Positions 41,565-50,311 of a stretch of DNA of 64,000 nucleotides are shown piece by piece; the first letter of the stretch is position 1, and every line of letters starts with the position of its first letter. The notes beneath the pieces were generated by a model that saw only the letters and a program-made list of their open reading frames with translations, ran no database searches and was not told where the DNA came from. The DNA comes from a virus (taxonomy: Duplodnaviria; Caudoviricetes), in IMG/VR virus record IMGVR_UViG_3300037067_003053, positions 57,381-121,380 of that record; one strand, 5' to 3'. A program made the position numbers and the translations under genes.

Positions 41565-42209
41565 CTATATCTTCCCTTTCCATACTATTTTACCATTTTC
41601 CCCATGTAATCTCCATATCTTACCATCAAAAGAAGGAACCAATCCCTTCTCCCATAATTTTATTGCAGAAGAAAAATCATATTTATATTTAATATTGAAA
41701 AATGATGAAATATAAACCCAGACAGAATCCCTGACAGAAACCCAGACAGAATTCCTGACAGAATCCCTGACAGAATCCCAGACAGAATCCCTGACAGAAT
41801 CCCAGACAGAATCCCTGACAGAATCCCAGACAGAATCCCACTCTTTTAATAATTTAATATCCTGCTTGGTAACTTCCAATGTTTTAATATCTTTAAATGG
41901 GTTGACAATCGGTTTTATTATTAACTCTGGTACAATGGTTGTAAAATCTAAATTATCACAAAATTCTTTAATTTGTTTTGAATCATCCACTGTATTTAAT
42001 TGGTCAATAATAAATACCTTTATTAGAGGATTATACTCATATTTATTTAATGAATCCTCTTTCTTCCCTTTAAATCCATAGTAATCTGCTATGGAGGTAT
42101 GGGAGTCCTGTTCATATTTTAACTCACCTTTTATTATTTTCTTTCTGATAACAGAATCAAAATAATAAGGTTTCTTACCATCCGATACCAAACTAAAAAA
42201 GTTACACAT
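41565..42209 (-). CDS. DSV[RW] tetrapeptide-repeat protein, paralogue 3 (10 units)
   Basis: Start placed at ATG 42209 after GGAGG; same domains as paralogues 1 and 2. Confidence 0.85.
   Translation of the reverse strand: MCNFFSLVSDGKKPYYFDSVIRKKIIKGELKYEQDSHTSIADYYGFKGKKEDSLNKYEYNPLIKVFIIDQLNTVDDSKQIKEFCDNLDFTTIVPELIIKPIVNPFKDIKTLEVTKQDIKLLKEWDSVWDSVRDSVWDSVRDSVWDSVRDSVRNSVWVSVRDSVWVYISSFFNIKYKYDFSSAIKLWEKGLVPSFDGKIWRLHGENGKIVWKGKI
41718..41837 (-). repeat. 12-nt tandem repeat x10
   Basis: Read directly from the sequence. Confidence 0.95.
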
Positions 42210-44028
42210 TATTTCCTCCAAGTTATTTGTTTTTTAATATTCCATCAAGAATTTCTTTCATTTCTTTTTTAAAAATATATACACCCGTTTTAAACAGTAT
42301 TTTTTCATATGCATATATTTTCTGTTTTTGTGTTAAACTTCCAAATTTTTCACAAAGATTATTTTTACTATGTAATGGGCATTTTCCATGCTTGCATTCA
42401 CGCACAGAATATACTCTACAAAAACCAGAAACATCTTCTGGTAATTCGTTGCCAAATTCTCGATCTTTTTTTGCGGGCATTTTTCTATTTATATTAATTG
42501 CCCTTAAAACCTTTAATCTTTTATACCTTTTAAACCACATAATTTTCTTACATTCTCTTTTTTTGTTGTTTTGTATGTTTTGCCCATGCAATTATTGTTA
42601 ATGAAAAACCAAGAAATATCCAAAATAGAACAGCACCAAAATTATCTATTCCTTTTAAATATTTTATATAAGAAGCGATTCCCAATCCATATAAAGGTAT
42701 AGAACCCAATAAATAACCAATTCCTTTCATACGTCCTCCATTATTATAATTACGAAGAGCATCTAATTGTTTTTCTGTTAAAACAATTCTATCTCCTTCA
42801 TTATATTCATATCTTTGTCCGCATTTGGGGCATTCATTATTACTATAAGATTCATAATGGTTTGGATTAATCCATCCTTTTTTCATGGAAGATAGTCTTC
42901 CATAATTAGCCCCACATATAATACAAAATGGACCCATTTCTTTATAAGTTACACCATTTATTATTTTATTACTCATACATCCTCCATTATTTCATTCAAT
43001 TTATTAATATCTTCCAAAGATAAATCATAATCGGTTAAACCAATTTCAACCAATTTATTACCATTGAATATTAATTCATCTGGTAATTCTTTATACGAAT
43101 GACCAATTTCAATAACCAAATATTGTTTTAAATAAACTTTATTAATCTTGAAATCTTTATCAAGAATATATTTTTCAACAATATTTTTAATTATTTCATT
43201 CATAATAGATTAAAAAAATAGGATAAAACTACCAATTATTTATTGATAATTCTATCCATATTTTTATTATTAATAAAGCCAGATATTTCCCAAGAATTTT
43301 GTTTATTTTTTCTATAAACCCTTATTCCACCAGTTTCTTTTACATACATAAAATAACCCAATAAAGTGTTTTTAAAACTGGTTTTTCCAGTTAAATATGT
43401 TAATTCCATAGGATCAAGCATTTATTTTCCTTTAATAAAATTATTATATAAATATTCATATAGCCAGTGGAGCCCACACCAAATCGCCGAATTGAGAATC
43501 CAGATTTTTGCCGTTGATTCCGTTTCTAAAAAGATTGCAATAACACAACACGTTAAATATGCCATATGTAAAAAACCACTAAAATATTTCATATTATTTC
43601 CTCGATAATTTAATTATATCACTTGAACATAATTTTTTAATCTTGGGAACAGTCATCGAAAAAAGATTTTTCCTCAATGTACTATTATTAACCCCCAATG
43701 AAGATGCATAATTACAACATCTTTCAATTGCTTTCCGTTTTTCATTTTCCATAAATTTAGTCATATATCCTCCAAAGTTTTATATTATTCCTTTAATTAA
43801 AACATCGTAACATAATAAAATTGAAAACGATTCAACTTTTTATAATTAGTAAGTGGTTACTTTAAATTTGCATATGCTACATAAATTTCGCCATCTTACT
43901 AACATTTCAAATAAGCCTTAGCCCCCTAATTGGATTCAATCCACGTTTTAGAACGGTTAGGGGTAATATAAAGGGATTAAACTTTACATATAATCTCCTT
44001 GGTTATTATTTAATTTCAAAAAACTTTC

Positions 44029-44160
44029 TGGGGCGCGGGAGATATTCCGGTTATTTTTGGCTTTTTCTTTTTCTTGATCGTTACCGGAAACGGCGCCCGT
44101 ATTACATACCATGGATTTTTTTGCACGGGCATTTCATGATCGAACTCCACAGGCGCCCCA
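44029..44160 (-). ncRNA. Putative structured ncRNA
   Basis: GC island closed by TGGGGCGC/GCGCCCCA, inner stems GGAG/CTCC, GCCCGT/ACGGGC, TTCCGGT/ACCGGAA; promoter-like TTTACT-17-TGTATT at 44210-44238. Confidence 0.5.
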
Positions 44161-44981
44161 TATTCTTAATTCAAATTTATTGCCATATCTATATCCATTA
44201 CAGATATATAATACATTTTATAAAATTTACAAAGTAAACCAAAATAGATTTTCATTACTCCCCCACAATTCTTTTAATACATTTATCTATATTTTTATCC
44301 ATATAAAAGGTATCAAATTCAGTATTTCTTATTTCATCCGCTGTATTTGGAAATAAGAAATATAGTGCATTAAAAAATGCCTGCCCATCCCGTTGTTTAT
44401 AAACGGTTTTATATTTAGTTTGTAATTCCTGGACTTTAATTAGTTCTTCATTGGTGAGTTTATTTTTCATCTATTTTCAATATTTTTGGTTTTATTTCTT
44501 TACCGTCTTTTAAGACAATCTTTTCCAATATACAGTTATTGGAATACGATATAAATTTGTTGGAAATGTAACCGTTTAAAATCGTTTCTCCTAAATTACA
44601 CGTTTCTCCTGTCTCCATGTCACTATTTGCACACGGACAATCTTCACAACTAAAGACTTTTTTCATAATATCCTCCTATTTAAAATAATTATAATAGTTT
44701 TTACCACTATTATTTTGGGATTTATTATCTATTTTATTATCTTTTAATTCAGTTTTAATATTCTCATGAGATTTTACACGAATTTCTTTTAAAAGATTCT
44801 TATTTGTACTATAAATCTGCTTGGTATTATTCATAAAATTACCCACTTTATTTATTAAACCTACTTATCAAAATTTTATATATCGCCACGGGGGATTTTG
44901 AATACTTTCTCGTCGTGAAAATCAAAACTTTAATAAATTAGGCACTTTTTAAAAAAGCATCAAAAAACAGTTAAAATTTGC

Positions 44982-45013
44982 CCCGTCCGCCGATCTGCGA
45001 GCGCGCGGACGGG
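44982..45013. terminator. GC-rich hairpin, probable terminator
   Basis: CCCGTCCGC...GCGGACGGG downstream of ORF 45037-45258. Confidence 0.55.
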
Positions 45014-45467
45014 AGGAAAAAATACCATCTTAATTATTAAAAAAGATCCCCGCCCCAAAATTCTTCATTCTTTTCGGGATCGGTAATATCCACAAAATCC
45101 GAAACATATGGATAAGGTGGTTCTGTACGTAATCCTGCCGCTTTTATTTTTTCAACGGCATCTTCAAAACTTTCGGCTTCCACTATTTCACTTTTATATT
45201 CAAGGGAAATTGTCCGATTAACGGTGTACCCAACTTCAAATTTCATTTTATCCTCCAAGATAAAAAATTATATCTCTTTTGATATACCAGCAGATATTTA
45301 TTCTGGTTTTACCATTTCAAATATTACTTATTAAATATTAATCAAACTATATTTTAAAAAACCTAAAAAACATTTCCATAAAAACACGATTTTCAAATGT
45401 ATTACTTTATAAGTACTCTATTTATCAAATACTTATAAAGTAATATACTTAAATTTCAATAAACAAA

Positions 45468-45498
45468 ACAAGGGCGGAAATTGAATTTCCGCCCTTGT
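45468..45498 (-). terminator. Rho-independent terminator after 45519-46037
   Basis: ACAAGGGCGGAAA-loop-TTTCCGCCCTTGT followed by TTTGTTT. Confidence 0.85.
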
Positions 45499-45518
45499 GG
45501 TTTCCAGGTTGATCGGGC

Positions 45519-46037
45519 TTATTTTGTGACAGTCTGCAACACTTTGCGCAAAGTCGTGACCTCGTCGATTTCGGCAACTTTGGCCGTGTACTCGATAACA
45601 TCCGCTTGCAAGTTTTCAATAACCCGTGCTTGATTTGTTTTAAGTTCGTCGATTTGAGCCTTGATAAATTCAGCACGTTTTACGTTGTCACTGAACCACT
45701 TGCCCGCATAAAGAATCAGCAAACCACGTGCAGTCATCGTTCCGGCCTTGATAGATTCGATTGACGTTTTAATTTTCTTGATTGTTGAAAGTAGCCCCTT
45801 GCGTTGACTATCTGAATAATCCGATTTCTTCAGATAGTCCTTAAGCAGGCCGGCGGCATAGGTTTCGGCATCAGCGGGGTCAATCATTCTCAGCGTTTCC
45901 AAAACGTTTAAGTCTTGCTTGCTTGCCCGTAACGCCAGGAATTTGTCAACCATTTCCATTGTTTTGGCTTTTTTCTGTTCTGCTGTCAATTCAGGTGTGC
46001 CAGCCTCAACCTTTGCTTTGTTTACTTCGTTTCCCAT
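45519..46037 (-). CDS. First gene of the left arm; helical/coiled-coil hypothetical protein with GC-richer codons
   Basis: AAGGAG RBS, own terminator, many C/G-ending codons. Confidence 0.8.
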   Translation of the reverse strand: MGNEVNKAKVEAGTPELTAEQKKAKTMEMVDKFLALRASKQDLNVLETLRMIDPADAETYAAGLLKDYLKKSDYSDSQRKGLLSTIKKIKTSIESIKAGTMTARGLLILYAGKWFSDNVKRAEFIKAQIDELKTNQARVIENLQADVIEYTAKVAEIDEVTTLRKVLQTVTK

Positions 46038-46533
46038 TTTGTACTCCTTTGTTTGTGTTTGTTTACTTGTTTTATACGTCTATTCACGGGATTAAATGGA
46101 CATATTTAAAAAATTAATACAACGGTTTTAAAGCCGTTTAATAGTCCGATCAACTCGCAATTTCAATTTAGCGTTTTCCTAAAAACACTCAAAATCTTGC
46201 AACCCAGGTACCAGTCCGAAAACGTAAAATCCACTCGCAAGTTTTGTCGAAAACCTGACCGATCACACCTCGGGCGCAACGTAAAAAAGTCTAATAATCA
46301 AATAACGAGTGAAATTTACAGTACAGTGAACGACTATACAAGTAAAATCGTAAAGTGGCTAAATTTATGTTTATAAAGTGTTTTAAGTGAATGAGTTATA
46401 TATGTAAAGTAACCCAGGTTGATAATGTATAAAGATAAATGGAAATGATAATAATGATTAAATAAATAAAGATTTGAAATTTTGAAATGAAGGGAAATAG
46501 CACTTTTCAGCCTCTACCCCCATCCACTCCCTA

Positions 46534-46700
46534 CGTCTGAAATGTTTCTATTATATTATATTTTCTTAGTATCTGTTCACGCGTCTGAAATGTTTCTATT
46601 ATATTTTCTTAGTATAACTCTATTATGTATTATCGTTTACTATATCAACCCAATATCTTTACTATTTAGTCCCTACATCTGAAATGTTCCTTATTATATA
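46534..46700 (+). repeat. Iteron-like direct repeats in the strand-switch region
   Basis: C(G/A)TCTGAAATGTT(T/C)C..TTATA at 46534, 46582 and 46676. Confidence 0.8.
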
Positions 46701-46961
46701 TACCAATCCAAAATATCTTTATTATATTATACGTTTCAATATAATATAAATACCTATAATGTCTACTATATTACTTTATGGTATATACGACTCAAATGTC
46801 TTTAATATATTATTCTTAATATATATAATCACTTTTATTATCTACTATATTGCTTTTAAGACGTTTTATTTATATTGACATACATTATACATCTATATGT
46901 ATTATAATCTTACTCCGTTAGGCACGCATTGGTCATTATTAAATATTTGTTGTTTAATGAA

Positions 46962-47002
46962 AGATTTCTCTTGACATTTGCATTAAAATGTTGTATATTA
47001 TA
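46962..47002 (+). promoter_or_regulatory. sigma70-type promoter copy 5
   Basis: AGATTTCTC-TTGACA-17nt-TATATT. Confidence 0.85.
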
Positions 47003-47563
47003 AGCGTGTATTATGAAAGGATTAGATATGAAGACATTTGATTTAGGTAATGATTTAAGACTTGAGATTAAGAATGATAACATTATGTTTATTTCTAATG
47101 GACGTATATATGGTCAGATTACTAAAGACCCCCTTAAAGTTGGTAAGAAATATGATGGTGTTAATAATCAACTACCTTTAAAATATAGACCTACTAAGGA
47201 TAGTTGGATTAATTGGGATAAACTCTATAATAAGGTTACTGAGAAATCTTATCAAGAATTAAGGGATGAAGCATTTAAAAGAAATATGGTTGAAATAGTT
47301 GAAGAAAAACCAAAAGAACCTTCTTCTTTTGAAATGTGGTTACCTCTTATAGCGGTTGGTGTTGGTTTAATTATTATGATGCTGTTATAATTTAAGGAAA
47401 ATATGAGATTGGATATTCAAAAACTTAGAAAAGACATGGAAGAATATTCTAAAAAAATTACTTCTTCTGTGGCGGCATCAAGAGAATTTTTGGTTAAAAC
47501 TGGTATTTTTAATGCAGAAGGACTTCTTCAAGAACCTTATAAAAATTTAAATAAAGGAGAATA

Positions 47564-47980
47564 ATGAATATAATATTTATAATTTGTATGTTTCTTTGGT
47601 GTTTAAGTAGAGGTGCTACTGAGGGTTATAAATGGTTGCATGATAATAAATGGATGCATAGAAATAAACTTATCAGTCCTATTTATCATAAAGGATACCA
47701 TGCCGTGATGGATTATCATGCGTGGAGAACATTGGAAGCATTATCTATATTCGGTATGTTACTTACATATAACAATATCTTTGTTTTAATTGGTAGTTAT
47801 ATGTTTGGAATTTATACTATATATGAACGCGCATTAAATTATGTATGTTATTTTGGACGCATGCTTGCTAAGAAACCAATTTGGAATTGTTTGTGGTTTA
47901 AAATTGAACAATCATTATATCGAGAAATGGCGATTGCTTTGATGGGATTAGGAATAATGATATATGGCATGTTTAAATAA
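47564..47980 (+). CDS. Membrane protein
   Basis: AAGGAG RBS; several hydrophobic segments. Confidence 0.65.
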   Translation: MNIIFIICMFLWCLSRGATEGYKWLHDNKWMHRNKLISPIYHKGYHAVMDYHAWRTLEALSIFGMLLTYNNIFVLIGSYMFGIYTIYERALNYVCYFGRMLAKKPIWNCLWFKIEQSLYREMAIALMGLGIMIYGMFK

Positions 47981-48188
47981 TTTTTATTGAAAGATTTATA
48001 AAATGAAACAAACTGATTTGTCTTATAAAATTCTTAGATATATTGGGTGGTTATTTACATCACCTGCGTTTATTTTAATATATTTAATTGGTCTTTTTAT
48101 TGGTATAATCATAGGTTTAGTGGTATTTTCTATTATGATTATATTTTATATGATTTTATTGTTTTTATTCATAATAGAATGTTTGAAA

Positions 48189-48271
48189 GGAGATGTCACC
48201 TAACGGTATGGTAACGGTCTTGAAAATCGTCGGGCTAAATGCCCGTGTAGGTTCGATTCCTATCATCTCCG
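48189..48271 (+). tRNA. tRNA-Ser(TGA)
   Basis: GGAGATG/CATCTCC; ACGGT-CT-TGA-AA-ATCGT; long variable arm CGGGC/GCCCG; GTTCGATTC; G73. Confidence 0.93.
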
Positions 48272-48273
48272 CT

Positions 48274-48347
48274 GCCGTCATAACTCAATTTGGTAGAGTG
48301 ATTGCTTTCCAAGCAAATGGTTCTGGGTTCAAATCCGAGTGACGGCT
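48274..48347 (+). tRNA. tRNA-Gly(TCC)
   Basis: GCCGTCA/TGACGGC; TTGC-TT-TCC-AA-GCAA; GTTCAAATC; U73. Confidence 0.88.
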
Positions 48348-48628
48348 CAAGTGTAAAAAGTAAAGGAAAACGATGGATGATTTTTTTGTAAACTTAACTT
48401 CAGATGAATTAAAGATTATTTTAGAATCTTTAATATTTTCTGCGTGTACCGATGCATGTGCTAAATGGAATAGTGACGATGTTCAAAGTATGTTAGAATT
48501 AGCACAAAAATTACGTTCTAATTTATCAAATGAATTTTCTTTTGATAATATCTATATATCAGATTCTTCATATTATGACGATGATGATATGGTTAGAAAG
48601 GTGCGTTCATTGGGGGTAAAAACCAACG

Positions 48629-48973
48629 ATTGACGCATCACAGATATATGGAATAGATAAAGAATGTGTTGATTTATGTAATGCAATGAATAAATTCGAT
48701 GGTATTGAAACCGTTGAATCTTGTTGTGGTCATAATAAAACATCTTATAGAATATATTTTCTTGCGCGAGATTTAGAATGTTTACCAAGATTGCTTTATT
48801 GGTTTGATACATGTCATACTGGTATAAGAGGATGGAGAGTAATAGTATATACAGATTGTTCGATGTGCCCTGTTCATTTTTGTTTAGAGGGTACTATTGG
48901 CGAACAATCATATATAGAATCAAAAGAAATTGCAAATAAAATGGAAGAATATTTGAAAAATGAAAACAATTAA
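48629..48973 (+). CDS. Hypothetical protein with ESCCGH motif (probable ATT start at 48629)
   Basis: In-frame extension IDKECVDLCNAMN lies upstream of ATG 48686; ATT overlaps the previous TGA; in-frame TAA at 48617. Confidence 0.6.
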   Translation: MDASQIYGIDKECVDLCNAMNKFDGIETVESCCGHNKTSYRIYFLARDLECLPRLLYWFDTCHTGIRGWRVIVYTDCSMCPVHFCLEGTIGEQSYIESKEIANKMEEYLKNENN

Positions 48974-49661
48974 TAATATAAAACAAGATGGTTGGGAATC
49001 CGCTATAAACTCTATTGTATGTGCAGATTGTTTTGATTTACTTGGTCTTATTCCAGATAAATCTATTGATTGTGTTTTAATGGACCCGCCATATGGCGTA
49101 AATTTAGGTAAAAATAGTAAATTTAAATATGATAAATTTGAAGATACTCCTGAAAATGTAATTAAATTAGTAAATAATATTTTAAAAGAATGTTTTAGAG
49201 TAAGTGATTTGGTAGTAATGACGCCCGGAAATACTAATTTATTTGAATACCCAAAGCCGACGCATGTCGGTAGTTTATTTTTCCCACATGGTACGGGCAT
49301 GAATAATTGGGGATTTACATGTTGGCAACCTATTTATTTTTATGGTAACGACCCATATCTTGAAAAAAGAATGGGCAGCAGACCAGATAGTTTGTGTATT
49401 ACAGATATACCCCAAAAAAATGGTCATCCATGCCCAAAAGGTATTAAACAATGGCAATGGCTGGTTAAACGAACATCCTTTCAAAATCAATTAATTTTAG
49501 ACCCATTTATGGGTTCTTGGACTACCGCAGTTGCTTGTAAATCATTAAATAGAAATTTTATTGGTTGTGATATATCAGAAGAATATTGTAAAATTGGAGA
49601 AAAACGATTAAAATCTGTATTTGAAATAAAAGAAAATAATAAAAATGAAACAATAATCTAA
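48960..49661 (+). CDS. Site-specific DNA methyltransferase (N6A/N4C, beta class)
   Basis: DPPY motif IV, HPCPK, motif I DPFMGSWTT. Confidence 0.9.
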   Translation: MKTINNIKQDGWESAINSIVCADCFDLLGLIPDKSIDCVLMDPPYGVNLGKNSKFKYDKFEDTPENVIKLVNNILKECFRVSDLVVMTPGNTNLFEYPKPTHVGSLFFPHGTGMNNWGFTCWQPIYFYGNDPYLEKRMGSRPDSLCITDIPQKNGHPCPKGIKQWQWLVKRTSFQNQLILDPFMGSWTTAVACKSLNRNFIGCDISEEYCKIGEKRLKSVFEIKENNKNETII

Positions 49662-49870
49662 AACAACATTGTAACAATCTAAAACATTTGCTCTTTATAC
49701 CGTAATTTTTGACACTTTAAATTTTTTAATAGTTGGTTGCTTTAAAATTTATTAGAGTGTCGTTGGATAGGTATGCCCATTTTTTATATGTGACGCATAT
49801 ATATTCTCAAAAATTTAAGAGGTTTGTAATACATAATTTGTTCTATTTTCTTTACTCTAAAAGACTTTTA

Positions 49871-49917
49871 GTTGCGGAACGAAGTGACGCAACATTGCAG
49901 ACGCGAAGCGTCTGCAA
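49871..49917. other. Paired GAA mini-hairpins (ssDNA-origin-like)
   Basis: GTTGCG-GA-ACGAAGT-GA-CGCAAC and TTGCAGACGC-GAA-GCGTCTGCAA. Confidence 0.7.
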
Positions 49918-49924
49918 ATTGAAA

Positions 49925-50045
49925 GCGATTCTTATTAAAAGTAACAGTAGTTACTTTTAAATATAATCCCCCATATTTTATATTAATATTAATAATATAT
50001 ATAATATACTCCCCTCCCTTTTCTTTCTTTGGTTCTTTCTTTCTT
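49925..50045 (+). repeat. Dispersed ~115-bp element, copy 2
   Basis: Palindrome TTAAAAGTAAC-AGTA-GTTACTTTTAA (compensatory change relative to copy 1) and TTCTTTCTTTGGTTCTTTCTTTCTT. Confidence 0.85.
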
Positions 50046-50152
50046 TTTTAAAAATGAAAATTTTATATGAGTTTTGGGCTTTAATTTCTAAGGAAAATGA
50101 GTAAAATATCAACTTTTTTCACTTTTTTTGTATTATTTTATTAAAAACATGA

Positions 50153-50193
50153 AGATTTCTCTTGACTTTTGAAAAAAAATGTTGTATATTATA
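50153..50193 (+). promoter_or_regulatory. sigma70-type promoter copy 6
   Basis: AGATTTCTC-TTGACT-17nt-TATATT. Confidence 0.85.
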
Positions 50194-50311
50194 TATAGCA
50201 AATATTTAACCAACATACACAAATATTTGCTGGCTCTTTAACATTGCGAGAAATGAAAACAAGTGCCCCGCTTTTACGGGAGCGGGGCAAAACTTTTTGA
50301 AAGGATAAAAA

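Larger units (their letters stand above)
41517..42230. repeat. 20-bp direct repeats flanking VNTR paralogue 3
   Basis: ATTTCCTCCAAGTTATTTGT at 41517-41536 and 42211-42230. Confidence 0.9.

Noticed and set aside
33218-41837. CRISPR array interpretation of the GACAGAATCCCT repeats
   Set aside because: The units are contiguous 12-mers with no spacers and lie in frame within protein-coding genes.
33065-42209. Complete diversity-generating retroelement
   Set aside because: No reverse transcriptase, Avd or non-coding template repeat in the window; kept only as a hypothesis for the variation pattern.
44029-44160. tmRNA
   Set aside because: About 130 nt, with no T arm, no G3-U70 alanine identity and no tag reading frame with pseudoknots.
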